A DNA stretch of 64,000 nt from Dehalococcoidales bacterium (GTDB lineage: Bacteria; Chloroflexota; Dehalococcoidia; Dehalococcoidales; RBG-16-60-22): assembly GCA_041652735.1 (NCBI GenBank), contig JBAZGT010000001.1, forward strand, positions 77,197-141,196. The letters run 5' to 3'. How positions within the stretch are numbered: position 1 is the stretch's first letter; every line of letters begins with the position of its first letter. This document shows positions 36,094 through 45,095 of this stretch, piece by piece. Under the pieces are notes generated by a model, which was not told the DNA's origin, did no database searches, and saw only the letters and a list, made by a program, of their open reading frames with translations. The position numbers and the translations under genes were made by a program.

Positions 36094-37623
36094 TCATTTT
36101 TCCCACACCACTTCCCCGCCGATGATGGTCATTTCCACTTTAATGTCTTTTATCTCTTCCGGGGGGACGCGGGTGGGGTCGGCGCTTAAGATAATCATAT
36201 CCGCCAGTTTGCCCGGCGCCAGCGAGCCTTTGATATTCTCCTCGAAAGAGGCGTAGGCGGCGTTGACCGTGTAAAGCGCCAGGGACTGCTCCGGCGTGAT
36301 TTTTTCCTCCGGCAGCAAAGCCTGGCCGGACTCCGCCCGGCGGGTTACCGCGGCGTAAATACCGGTGAGGGGGTTATTCGGCACCACCGGCGCGTCCGAG
36401 CTGCCGGCCACCATCACACCCTTTTCCAGCGGTGTTTTAAGGCGGTAAAGCCAGGGAAGCTGGGATTCCGGCACCGTGGCCAGGTAGCGCTCGCCGCTGT
36501 AGTAGATAAACGGCGGCTGGGTAACGATAACCGCCCCTAATTTTTTCATCCGCTCCAAAAGAGCGGGGGGACATTCAGCGCAGTGTTCGATACGGTGCCG
36601 CTGCCCTGAAGCCGGAGAGTATTTAGCGGCATTTTCCAGCGCGGCAACAGCGGCCTCTACCGTGCTTTCCGCGATAGCGTGGACGGCTATCTGCCACCCC
36701 CGGCGGTGGCAATCCAGCACCAGCTCGTTCAGCTCCGCCGGCTCCGGCGTGACTTCCGGCATGATTTTCACCGCCCCCAGCTGCATCAGGCTATCCCCGG
36801 AACCGGTCTTGAGTCCCCTCTCCCGGAACTCCTCACGGTACGGCGCGCCGGCCATCATGGTGACGCGACTGCGCAGTTTGCGGTCGAGGACAAAGCCGCA
36901 GACCGTCTCCCAGCGGCCGGTATCATTACTGACGGTGGCCTCGGTAAAAGAGGTGATGCCGTAAGAAAGGAATACTTTATCGGCCTCCCCTACCGCCCGG
37001 TCCATTTCCCGGGGGGTGATGGGGGAGACAATTTTGGAGCGGACGTAGCCCAGCATATCGATAAGCGCGCCGTTGGGCTCGCCGGTGGCCAGGTCACGCT
37101 CGATGCGCCCGCCTTCCGGCTCCGGCGTGTCCCGGCCAATGCCCGCCAGCTCTAAAGCTTTGGAGTTAAGCACGCAGGCATGGAGGGAGCGGTGACTCAA
37201 CACTACCGGGTGGTCCGGGGCGACCTCGTCCAGGTCGGCGCGGGTGGGGCAGCGCCGGCCTTCCAGGTAAAACTCGTTATAGTCCGTGCCGCTAATCCAG
37301 GCGCCGGGGGGTGTCTTTTCCGCTTTACGGCGTACCGTTTCTTTAATATCTTCTACTGAACGCACCGCCGCCGGAGAAAGGTCGATGCTCAAGAGCTTTC
37401 GCGCCAGGGAAAAGAGGTGAAGGTGGGCATCGTTAAAGCCGGGGACAAGCGTCCGGCCGCCGCAGTCGATAACCCTGGTGCCGCGGCCGGTCAGCCGCGC
37501 CGCTTCATCATTGCCGCCGGTAAAGAAAATAGCGTCGCCGGAGACCGCCGCCAGCTCCGCGCGGGGTCGGGCGGGGTCCATCGTGATAACGTTGGCGTTT
37601 TTCAGAATAAGGTCGGTAGGCAT
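36094..37623 (-). CDS. Amidohydrolase family (Amidohydro_3 / YtcJ-like) metal-dependent hydrolase
   Basis: 509 aa; PGFNDAHLHL metal-binding motif; family-typical length. Confidence 0.8.
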   Translation of the reverse strand: MPTDLILKNANVITMDPARPRAELAAVSGDAIFFTGGNDEAARLTGRGTRVIDCGGRTLVPGFNDAHLHLFSLARKLLSIDLSPAAVRSVEDIKETVRRKAEKTPPGAWISGTDYNEFYLEGRRCPTRADLDEVAPDHPVVLSHRSLHACVLNSKALELAGIGRDTPEPEGGRIERDLATGEPNGALIDMLGYVRSKIVSPITPREMDRAVGEADKVFLSYGITSFTEATVSNDTGRWETVCGFVLDRKLRSRVTMMAGAPYREEFRERGLKTGSGDSLMQLGAVKIMPEVTPEPAELNELVLDCHRRGWQIAVHAIAESTVEAAVAALENAAKYSPASGQRHRIEHCAECPPALLERMKKLGAVIVTQPPFIYYSGERYLATVPESQLPWLYRLKTPLEKGVMVAGSSDAPVVPNNPLTGIYAAVTRRAESGQALLPEEKITPEQSLALYTVNAAYASFEENIKGSLAPGKLADMIILSADPTRVPPEEIKDIKVEMTIIGGEVVWEK

Positions 37624-37633
37624 AACAGACTCT

Positions 37634-37663
37634 TTGACGGTGCCGGCTAATTACCAGTATACT
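37634..37663 (+). promoter_or_regulatory. Sigma70-like promoter candidate for nadE
   Basis: TTGACG (37634-37639), 18-nt spacer, TATACT (37658-37663); 27 nt before the ATG at 37690. Confidence 0.4.
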
Positions 37664-37689
37664 ACCTGTAAACACGGGCGACAAAGAAG

Positions 37690-38418
37690 ATGGATAAAGC
37701 AGAACTGGCGGGGAAGCTGGCGGACTGGATTAAAGCCAGGGTTGACGCCGCCGGCGGCAAGGGGGTGGTTTTCGGGCTGAGCGGCGGCATCGATTCCGCG
37801 GTGGTGGCGGCGCTATGCGTCCGGGCTTTCCCGAAAAACAGCCTGGGGGTAATCATGCCCTGCCACAGCCTGGACGAGGACGAAAAACACGCCGGGCTGG
37901 CGGCGCAAAAGTTTGCCGTTCCCACCGAGACGGTTGCCCTGGACGGTATATTCGACGCTTATTTGAAAATATTGCCTGATTTTACGTCCGACCCGTCACT
38001 TACCCGGCTGGCACAGGCTAACCTTAAAGCCAGGCTGCGGATGACCGCCCTGTACTTTACCGCCAACCGGCGGCAATACCTGGTGGTAGGCTCCGGCAAC
38101 CGCAGCGAGCTGACGGTAGGCTATTTCACCAAGCACGGCGATAGCGGCGTGGACCTGCTGCCGCTGGGCAACCTGGTAAAAAAAGAGGTCAGGGAGCTGG
38201 CGCGCTGCCTGGAAGTACCAACGGTCATCATCACTAAAGCGCCCTCGGCGGGGCTCTGGGCGGGGCAGACCGACGAAGCCGAAATGGGCTTTACCTATGA
38301 AGCACTGGACGAATATATCCTGACGGGCCGGGCGCCCGCCGACCTGAAAAAGCGCATCGAGGGGATGAGGGCGGCGGCCGCCCACAAATGCGCTACCCCG
38401 CCGGTGCCGGACTTCTAA
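37690..38418 (+). CDS. nadE: NH3-dependent NAD+ synthetase
   Basis: 242 aa; GLSGGIDSAVVAAL PP-loop. Confidence 0.92.
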   Translation: MDKAELAGKLADWIKARVDAAGGKGVVFGLSGGIDSAVVAALCVRAFPKNSLGVIMPCHSLDEDEKHAGLAAQKFAVPTETVALDGIFDAYLKILPDFTSDPSLTRLAQANLKARLRMTALYFTANRRQYLVVGSGNRSELTVGYFTKHGDSGVDLLPLGNLVKKEVRELARCLEVPTVIITKAPSAGLWAGQTDEAEMGFTYEALDEYILTGRAPADLKKRIEGMRAAAAHKCATPPVPDF

Positions 38419-38432
38419 AGGCTGGAGGCAAG

Positions 38433-38591
38433 ATGACGGACGAAGAGCAGAAATTCAGAATACACTGGTCCTGGGGACTCCTGGGACTGCTGGGCATACT
38501 GGGCTGGATGCTGGAACAGCCGGTGTTCTACTGGTTCTTCGTCTTGTTCCTGCTCTTCCTGGAACCCTTGATCAGAAAAATCAAAAAGTAA
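38433..38591 (+). CDS. Small membrane protein (52 aa)
   Basis: GGAGG RBS at 38424-38428; MTDEEQKFRIHWSWGLLGLLGILGWMLEQPVFYWFFVLFLLFLEPL has two hydrophobic helices. Confidence 0.45.
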   Translation: MTDEEQKFRIHWSWGLLGLLGILGWMLEQPVFYWFFVLFLLFLEPLIRKIKK

Positions 38592-38624
38592 GCCCCGGCT
38601 GCTTACCACAGCAACCATACGACC

Positions 38625-39248
38625 TTACAGCCGGTCATGCAAGCTTTTACGGTAGAACACGTGCTTCCAGCTGCCTCCCTTACGCCGCATCTCGATAATG
38701 CGCGGGATATACTTGAGCAGCGGCACCACCGGCAGGCATACGGAATATACCACCAGCTCCCACTGATGATGGATAAGCCAGCCGATGAACGGGAAACAGA
38801 TAAAGGCCAGGCTATAGCTCAGGGTGGGGAAACGCGTAATCGCCATGCCCAGTAAGAAAACCCCGAGGAAAATGGGCGTGCCCCAGGGCATGAAATAGAC
38901 CAGCACCCCGATGCAGGAAGCGCCGCCCCGCCCGCCCCGGAACCTGAGGAAGACCGGAAACCCGTGCCCCAGCACCACGGCCACGCCGGCAAACATCTCC
39001 ACCAACAGCCCCGCGCCCAGCCAGTGCGCCACGGCCACCCCCAGGGCGCCCTTGCCGATATCCAATAGCAATACCAGCAGCCCTTCGGCGAAACCGACCT
39101 TGTAGAAAACATTCATCGCGCCCAGGTTGCGGCTGCCTACCTCGCGGATATCCACGCCCTTCCTTAAGCGGGCCATAATATAGGCGGTGGGAAAAGAGCC
39201 GATTATATAACCGGCCAGCAGAGAACCGATAATGATTACAATATTCAA
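38625..39248 (-). CDS. plsY: Glycerol-3-phosphate acyltransferase PlsY
   Basis: Start trimmed to the TTG at 39248 (LNIVIIIGSLLAGYIIGSFPTAYI...DIREVGSRNLGAMNV matches the PlsY N-terminus). The upstream 103 codons of ORF 38625..39557 look non-coding. Confidence 0.8.
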   Translation of the reverse strand: MNIVIIIGSLLAGYIIGSFPTAYIMARLRKGVDIREVGSRNLGAMNVFYKVGFAEGLLVLLLDIGKGALGVAVAHWLGAGLLVEMFAGVAVVLGHGFPVFLRFRGGRGGASCIGVLVYFMPWGTPIFLGVFLLGMAITRFPTLSYSLAFICFPFIGWLIHHQWELVVYSVCLPVVPLLKYIPRIIEMRRKGGSWKHVFYRKSLHDRL

Positions 39249-39342
39249 AATTTTAGTCCTTAATATAACTAAAAATTGTACTAATATATTACACCATAAA
39301 TCATGCCTCCGGTAAAAGGTGAAGCAATTCGTTGATGTGTGT

Positions 39343-39372
39343 TTGACACCTGCATCATAAAAACGGTAATCT
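39343..39372 (+). promoter_or_regulatory. Weak sigma70-like promoter candidate for the thiolase gene
   Basis: TTGACA (39343-39348), 18-nt spacer, TAATCT (39367-39372). Confidence 0.3.
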
Positions 39373-39405
39373 GGAATCAGGCAGGAACCACCACAGGAGG
39401 ACGGC

Positions 39406-40593
39406 ATGAAGAAAGTCGCCGTGGTAGGCGTAGGCGAAACCAAGTTCACCGGCCCGCAGTTCAAGACTGAGGTCGAGCTTTTCGCCGAAGCCGCCACTGA
39501 AGCTATAACGGAATCCAACCTGAAGCCGCAGGACATCAAAGCGCTGTTCATCGGCAACGCCTTAGGGGACTTCGACGAAGGACAGGGGATGGTGCAGGCC
39601 TACGCCGCGGAGAATATCGGCTGCCTGTACGTACCCGCCAACCGCTACGAAGGCGCCTGCGCTTCCGCCAGCATCGCCATCCGGGACGCCTTCATGTGGG
39701 TGGCCTCCGGCTATTACGATATCGTCCTGGCCGGCGGCATCGAACGCGCCGCCACCATGGGCACTGGGCTGGCCACGCGCACCTTCGCCATGTTCAGCGA
39801 CGCGCGCTACGAATACCCCGCCGGCGTTACCTTTCCGGCGGTCTTCGCCATGCTGACCCATCTCTACGCGGATAACTATAAAATACCCCTCCAGAAGCTC
39901 CGGGAGCAGATGGCGCGGGTCACCATGCAGTCGTACAGGCACGGGGCCATCAACCCCAAGGGGCAGTTCTACGGGAAGAACGCGGACATCAGCCTGGAAA
40001 AAGTGCTCAACAGCTTCGTGGTATGCTCCCCCCTCACCCTCCACGACTGCTGTCCCTTCTCCGACGGCGCCGCCGCGGTGGTGCTGGCCTCGGAAAGAGT
40101 GGCCAAAAAGCTCACGGACAAGCCCGTTTATCTTACCGGCGTGGGGCAGGCATCCTGCGGCCCGCTCGGCAACCAGAAGGAATATCTGCCCAGAATACGG
40201 GCGCGGGAAATATCCTCCCGGCAGGCCTACAAAATGGCCGGGAAAGAACCACAGGACATCGACCTGTGTGAGCTGCACGACTGCTTCAGCATCGCCAGCC
40301 TGATAGCGGCGGAGGGCCTGGGATTCTTCGAATACGGCAAGGCCGGGGAAGCCTGGGAAAAAGGGGAGGCGGACATCGGCGGGAAAGTGGCTATCAATCC
40401 CTCCGGCGGGCTCAAGTCCAAGGGGCACCCCATCGGGGCCACCGGCGCGGGGCAGGTCTATGAAATCACCAGGCAGCTGCGCGGCGAGGTGGAGCCCGGC
40501 CGCCAGGTGCCCGACGCCAGGACCGGCATGACGGATACCCTCGGCGGGGACGGCGGCACGCTGGTCAATATGATTTTCGAGAGGGGCTGGTAG
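39406..40593 (+). CDS. SCP-x / archaeal-type thiolase-like protein
   Basis: 395 aa; nucleophile Cys in GACASASIA; HDCFS and GHPIGATG blocks. Confidence 0.85.
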   Translation: MKKVAVVGVGETKFTGPQFKTEVELFAEAATEAITESNLKPQDIKALFIGNALGDFDEGQGMVQAYAAENIGCLYVPANRYEGACASASIAIRDAFMWVASGYYDIVLAGGIERAATMGTGLATRTFAMFSDARYEYPAGVTFPAVFAMLTHLYADNYKIPLQKLREQMARVTMQSYRHGAINPKGQFYGKNADISLEKVLNSFVVCSPLTLHDCCPFSDGAAAVVLASERVAKKLTDKPVYLTGVGQASCGPLGNQKEYLPRIRAREISSRQAYKMAGKEPQDIDLCELHDCFSIASLIAAEGLGFFEYGKAGEAWEKGEADIGGKVAINPSGGLKSKGHPIGATGAGQVYEITRQLRGEVEPGRQVPDARTGMTDTLGGDGGTLVNMIFERGW

Positions 40594-40595
40594 AA

Positions 40596-41006
40596 ATGGA
40601 ACAGAAACTCTATTTCAAAGACTACAATGAAGCCCTGAAACAGAACCGGATACTCGGGCTGAAATGCCACTCCTGCGGCGCTTTGACCGTGCCGCCCAAG
40701 ATGGCCTGCCGGCAGTGCGCCGGGTTCGACCTGGAGGTGACGGAGGTGAAGGGCAGCGGCAAGATAAAGACGTTCACCACCGTTTACGTGGCGGCGGAAG
40801 GGCGGGAAAGCGAAATACCCTATATTTTAGTAATGGTGGAACTGGACGAAGGGCCGTGGCTCATGGGCAACCTAGAGGGCATCGACCCCAAGACGGCCAC
40901 CATGGCGCTAATCGGCCGGCCGGTGAAGATGGGCAATAAAATCTTTGCCGGGGATAAGTACTCCGCCGGCGAGGCCGCCCGGCCGGTCTTCAGTCTGGTG
41001 GAATAA
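40596..41006 (+). CDS. DUF35 OB-fold / rubredoxin-like zinc-ribbon protein
   Basis: 136 aa; CHSCGALTVPPKMACRQCAG zinc ribbon followed by an OB-fold part; usual partner of SCP-x thiolases. Confidence 0.8.
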   Translation: MEQKLYFKDYNEALKQNRILGLKCHSCGALTVPPKMACRQCAGFDLEVTEVKGSGKIKTFTTVYVAAEGRESEIPYILVMVELDEGPWLMGNLEGIDPKTATMALIGRPVKMGNKIFAGDKYSAGEAARPVFSLVE

Positions 41007-41073
41007 CGGGGGAAACTCCCTTTTATCCATTTTTACAAAAGAGCGACTATAGAACGGGTTGAACCAATAGTTT

Positions 41074-41112
41074 CGTCCCCCTTTTATAAAGGGGGATTGA
41101 GAGGGTTTTTAG
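41074..41112 (+). repeat. CCCCCTTT...AAAGGGGG hairpin module (copy 3), 3' of the DUF35 gene
   Basis: CGTCCCCCTTTTATAAAGGGGGATTGAGAGGGTTTTTAG: a hairpin followed by a G-run and T5. Confidence 0.6.
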
Positions 41113-41124
41113 AATCGTCTAAAC

Positions 41125-41856
41125 ATGGCAGATACGATAGTCAAGGCGGAAAAGGGAAACCAGCAGCGCGTCGATATCCCGGTAACCATCGACCGGGAGG
41201 AAGTGCTGCAAAGCCTGGGCAAGAACGAGCGCACCCGCGCCGCCATGGCCAAACACCTGGACGAGCTTATCACCCTGGCGCAGGCGGCGGTGAAAGCCCG
41301 GGGTATGTTCAAGGTCTCCTGCGTGGGGGGGCGGGGAGAGGACTGGGTGGAGATAGACGGGGTAAAAATTCACAGCCGGGTACTGGCGCAGAGCCTGGCC
41401 AGCACGGATACCGTTTTCCCCTACATTTTCACCGTCGGCAAAGAGCTGGACGAGCTGCCGGTATCGCCGAAAGACTATATGCGGTACTTCTGCCTGGAAG
41501 CCGTCAAGATGAACGCTTCATTACAGGCGGCGCATTATTTCATGGAATATATCCGGCAAAAGTGCCGCCTGCCGGAAATAACGCACCTCCACCCCGGCGA
41601 GTTTGCGGATTTGCCCATAGAGCAGCAGGTACCGCTGTTCTCTTTATTCCACGACACCGAGAAAGAAATAGGCGTCAAGCTCACATCCACCAAGACCATC
41701 CAGCCGATTAAGTCCGGTTCCGGCATCGTGTTTTCCAACGGCTCCAGCTTTGAAAGCTGCGCCCTTTGTTTACAGCCCCATTGCTCCGGGAGGCGCGTCC
41801 CCTACAGCCCGAAACTGGCGGCGCAGTTCGGGCTAAAAACAAAAATAACAAAATGA
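41125..41856 (+). CDS. Stand-alone protein resembling the MetH reactivation (AdoMet-binding, Met_synt_B12) domain
   Basis: 243 aa; LHPGEFADLPIEQQVPLFSLF...IGVKLTSTKTIQPIKSGSGIVF resembles the PGYP...LF.LL...IG..LTES..M.P..SVSG pattern; C-terminal CALCLQPHC. Confidence 0.55.
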   Translation: MADTIVKAEKGNQQRVDIPVTIDREEVLQSLGKNERTRAAMAKHLDELITLAQAAVKARGMFKVSCVGGRGEDWVEIDGVKIHSRVLAQSLASTDTVFPYIFTVGKELDELPVSPKDYMRYFCLEAVKMNASLQAAHYFMEYIRQKCRLPEITHLHPGEFADLPIEQQVPLFSLFHDTEKEIGVKLTSTKTIQPIKSGSGIVFSNGSSFESCALCLQPHCSGRRVPYSPKLAAQFGLKTKITK

Positions 41857-42611
41857 CCGAAGTTTTTTCCAGGCATTTGAGATTGGAGTCCGTGGCCAAC
41901 TTCCGCGATATCGGGGGATACCGGGCGCGCGGGGGGAAAACAGTGGCCTGGCGCCGCGTTTTCCGCAGCGGCGAGTTCTCCAGGATTAATGATAAAGACT
42001 TCAAGCGGGTGGTAGAGGAGCTGGGACTGGCATCCGTGGTGGACCTGAGGAGCAGCCTGGAGGTGGAAAGCCACGGCCTGGGACCGCTGAAAGAGGCCGG
42101 GCTCAAGTACCGGAATATCTCTTTCATGCCGGAAGGCGGCGACCCCGCCGCCAACGAGCGGCGCTTTAACGGGATTACCAACCTGGGCGATTTTTACCTG
42201 TACCTGGTACAGGAAAAGACCTTTAACGCGCGCCTTATCGAGGCGCTGGAGATAATCGCCGCTCCGGAGAACCACCCCCTCGTCTTTCACTGCGCCATCG
42301 GCAAAGACCGCACCGGCATCCTGGCGGCGGTGCTTTTAGACCTCCTGGGCGTGGAGAAAACGGATATCATCGAGGACTATGCCCTGTCCGGCCCTTACAT
42401 GGCAGAGCTTATACAGCACTTCAACCGGGAGCAGTCGACAGCGCCCACCCGCCCGCCGATACCCGATGTCTTCTGGGGCGCCGTGCCGGAATCCATGTCC
42501 CTGTTCCTGTCCAGCCTCTACCGCGACTACGGCTCCGGCGAGGGCTACCTGAAAGCGCAGGGGGCGGACCCGTCACTGAAGCAGCGGCTGGAAGACGCCC
42601 TGCTAATCTAA
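41853..42611 (+). CDS. Protein-tyrosine phosphatase family (Y_phosphatase3-like), paralog 1
   Basis: CX5R P-loop HCAIGKDRTG. The ATG at 41853 overlaps the stop of the upstream gene (ATGA). Start trimmed from track ORF 41766. Confidence 0.8.
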   Translation: MTEVFSRHLRLESVANFRDIGGYRARGGKTVAWRRVFRSGEFSRINDKDFKRVVEELGLASVVDLRSSLEVESHGLGPLKEAGLKYRNISFMPEGGDPAANERRFNGITNLGDFYLYLVQEKTFNARLIEALEIIAAPENHPLVFHCAIGKDRTGILAAVLLDLLGVEKTDIIEDYALSGPYMAELIQHFNREQSTAPTRPPIPDVFWGAVPESMSLFLSSLYRDYGSGEGYLKAQGADPSLKQRLEDALLI

Positions 42612-42622
42612 CCGGAATTTGT

Positions 42623-43378
42623 ATGGTCGAACAACTATCCCGTCTCATCGAGTTTGAAGGCGTGCTCAATTTCCGCGACCTCGGTGGGTACCAGGCGCGC
42701 GGGGGGAAAACGGTGGCGTGGCGGCGTATTTTCCGCAGCGGCGAAATGCACCTGATGACGGACGCGGACACCGCCCGGTTTAAAGAGGAGCTACAGATCA
42801 AGACGGTTATCGACCTGCGGAGCGCGCGGCGGGTGGCGCTGACGGGCAGCGGGCGGGTGCGGGAGACCGGGGCCGAATACCATAACCTGCCGTTCAGCAT
42901 GATTGTCGAGGGGGACATAGACAGCCAGGTGCTGGAGCGCTTTTCCAGCGCCGGAGAAATATACTACTACCGGATACGCCTGAAGGAATACGCGCAGAGA
43001 CTGCTGACAGCCCTGGAAATAATCGCCGCCGCCGGGAACTACCCGCTGGTGTTCCACTGCAACGCCGGTAAAGACCGCTCCGGCATGCTGGCGGCCGTTT
43101 TACTGGGGGCGCTGGGCGTGGCGGATGAAGACATTATCCGGGACTACACGCTGACCGCGCCTTTCATGAAAGCGTTCATCGCCCGGTGGGACGCCGACCC
43201 GGCCACGGCGGATGTTCACCGGAATATACCGGCATACCAGAAAAAAGCCGACGCGGCGTCCATGGCGCTGCTGCTCAACATGATTAAAAAGGACTACGGC
43301 TCGGTGGCGGACTACCTGGCAATACAGGGGGCGGAGACGTCCCTCGTTTCCCGGCTGGAAGAAGCGCTGCTGGTCTAG
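42623..43378 (+). CDS. Protein-tyrosine phosphatase family (Y_phosphatase3-like), paralog 2
   Basis: HCNAGKDRSG P-loop; the N-terminal block NFRDLGGYQARGGKTVAWRRIFRSGE is near-identical to paralog 1. Confidence 0.8.
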   Translation: MVEQLSRLIEFEGVLNFRDLGGYQARGGKTVAWRRIFRSGEMHLMTDADTARFKEELQIKTVIDLRSARRVALTGSGRVRETGAEYHNLPFSMIVEGDIDSQVLERFSSAGEIYYYRIRLKEYAQRLLTALEIIAAAGNYPLVFHCNAGKDRSGMLAAVLLGALGVADEDIIRDYTLTAPFMKAFIARWDADPATADVHRNIPAYQKKADAASMALLLNMIKKDYGSVADYLAIQGAETSLVSRLEEALLV

Positions 43379-43866
43379 CGGAACATTATCTGCATCATGG
43401 TGACGTCCAGCAGCCGCCCGAACTTCTTCCCCACCTCTTTCATCACCCCGATGTCTTTGTAGCCCAGTGATTTAGCCAGCTTGATGCTGACCGCGTTTTC
43501 CGTGGCAATCCTGGCGATGGCGGTATGGAGTCCGGCTGCCTTGCCCGCCTTCAGGATAGCTACCGAGAGCTTGCGGCCGAGCCCCAGGTGCATGTGCCCT
43601 TCCCGGATATACACCGAGACTTCCGCCGTAATGGAATAGGCGCAGCGGTCCGACCATTCGCTCATGGACGCCCAGCCGACGATTAGGTCGCCCTCCTGCG
43701 CCACCAAAATGGGATACTTGGGGCCGTGCTGGTCAAACCAGACCCTTTGTTCCTCCACCGTCTTGCCGGCGGTATCGAAGGTGGCGGTGGTGTGCAGGAC
43801 CGCCTGGTTATAAATCTCCGTGATGGCCAACAGGTCCCTGATTTCCGCTTTGCGAATGGTAAACAT
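43375..43866 (-). CDS. GNAT N-acetyltransferase (phosphinothricin acetyltransferase-like)
   Basis: 163 aa; MFTIRKAEIRDLLAITEIYNQAVLHTTATFD is typical of the PAT/YwnH subgroup. Confidence 0.8.
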   Translation of the reverse strand: MFTIRKAEIRDLLAITEIYNQAVLHTTATFDTAGKTVEEQRVWFDQHGPKYPILVAQEGDLIVGWASMSEWSDRCAYSITAEVSVYIREGHMHLGLGRKLSVAILKAGKAAGLHTAIARIATENAVSIKLAKSLGYKDIGVMKEVGKKFGRLLDVTMMQIMFR

Positions 43867-45008
43867 CAGACCTCCTTCAAGATATGGCGGGCGATGGTCA
43901 GCCGCATGATTTCCGAGGTTCCTTCATAGATTTCCGTAATCCGGGCGTCGCGGCAATAGCGCTCCAGCGGGTAGTCCCGGGTATAGCCGTAGCCGCCATG
44001 AATTTGTAGCGCTTTGGAGGTGACGCAAGCGGACATTTCCGAGGCGAAGAGCTTGGCCATGGCCGCCTCTTTAACGAAGGGCCGCCCGGCATCGCAGAGA
44101 AAGGCGGCGCGGCGGGTCAAAAGGCGGGCGGCGTCTAGCTGCGTGGCCATGTCCGCCAACTGCCACTGGATACCCTGGAAATCAGCCAATGCCTGCCCGA
44201 ACTGCTTGCGCTCCCGGGCGTAGCCCAAAGCCGCCTCGTAAGCGGCGCGGGAAATACCCACCGCCTCCGCGCCGACGGTGACCCGGCTGACGTCCAGCGC
44301 TTCCAGGGCGATTTTCAGTCCCTGCCCTTCCGCGCCCAGCCGGCTTTCTTCCGGTACGAAGCAGTCCTCGAAGACCAACTCGGTGGAGATGAAGCCGTGC
44401 AGCCCCATCTTTTCTTCCCGCTTGCCCACGGTAAGACCGGGGGTGTTTTTATCCAGCACGAAGGCGGTAATGCCTTTGCCCCTTAAAGCTTTATCCGTGA
44501 CGGCGAACACCACCACCATGCCGGCCTGCTCCCCGATGCTGATGAACAGCTTGCCGCCGCTGATAACGTAGCCGCCGTTCTTTTTCACGGCCGCGGTCTG
44601 CATCCCGGAGGGGTCGGAGCCGGCGCCGGACTCGGTAAGGGCGAAGCAGGCCATCTCGCCGGCGGCGTGGCGGGGCAGGTATTTTTGCTTTTGCGCTTCC
44701 GTGCCGAAGCGCATCACCGGCACGATAGCCAGGGAAAGGCTGACCCGCAAATAGTTGTCCACGGCGGCGGAGGCATGGGCCAGCTCCTCGACGGCGATGC
44801 AGAGCTCCGTTTCCCCCTTGCCGCTGCCGCCGTAGGCTTCCGGTATGGTCAGGCCGAAAAGCCCCAGCTCCGCCATTTTCCCCACCTCCGCCGCCGGGTA
44901 GGCGTCAGCCTTGTCGATGCGGGCGGCGGCGGGCGCGATTTCTCTAGCGGCGAAGTCCCGGAGGGTGGTCTGCAACAGCTTTTGCTCTTCCGTCAGTTCA
45001 AAGTCCAT
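43866..45008 (-). CDS. Acyl-CoA dehydrogenase
   Basis: 380 aa; MDFELTEEQ...; C-terminal IYEGTSEI motif. Confidence 0.92.
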   Translation of the reverse strand: MDFELTEEQKLLQTTLRDFAAREIAPAAARIDKADAYPAAEVGKMAELGLFGLTIPEAYGGSGKGETELCIAVEELAHASAAVDNYLRVSLSLAIVPVMRFGTEAQKQKYLPRHAAGEMACFALTESGAGSDPSGMQTAAVKKNGGYVISGGKLFISIGEQAGMVVVFAVTDKALRGKGITAFVLDKNTPGLTVGKREEKMGLHGFISTELVFEDCFVPEESRLGAEGQGLKIALEALDVSRVTVGAEAVGISRAAYEAALGYARERKQFGQALADFQGIQWQLADMATQLDAARLLTRRAAFLCDAGRPFVKEAAMAKLFASEMSACVTSKALQIHGGYGYTRDYPLERYCRDARITEIYEGTSEIMRLTIARHILKEV

Positions 45009-45095
45009 GGTTAACCTATCCTATACTAGACTATACTATATAAAAAGGCGGGGAGATTACCACGTCGCTACGCTCCTTGCCATGGCATTATAATT

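Noticed and set aside
38625-39557. 310-aa version of plsY and the 395-aa-frame overlap with the thiolase start
   Set aside because: PlsY homology begins at LNIVIIIGSL (TTG at 39248). The first 103 codons are Cys/Ser-rich, overlap the divergent thiolase gene and its promoter region, and match nothing.
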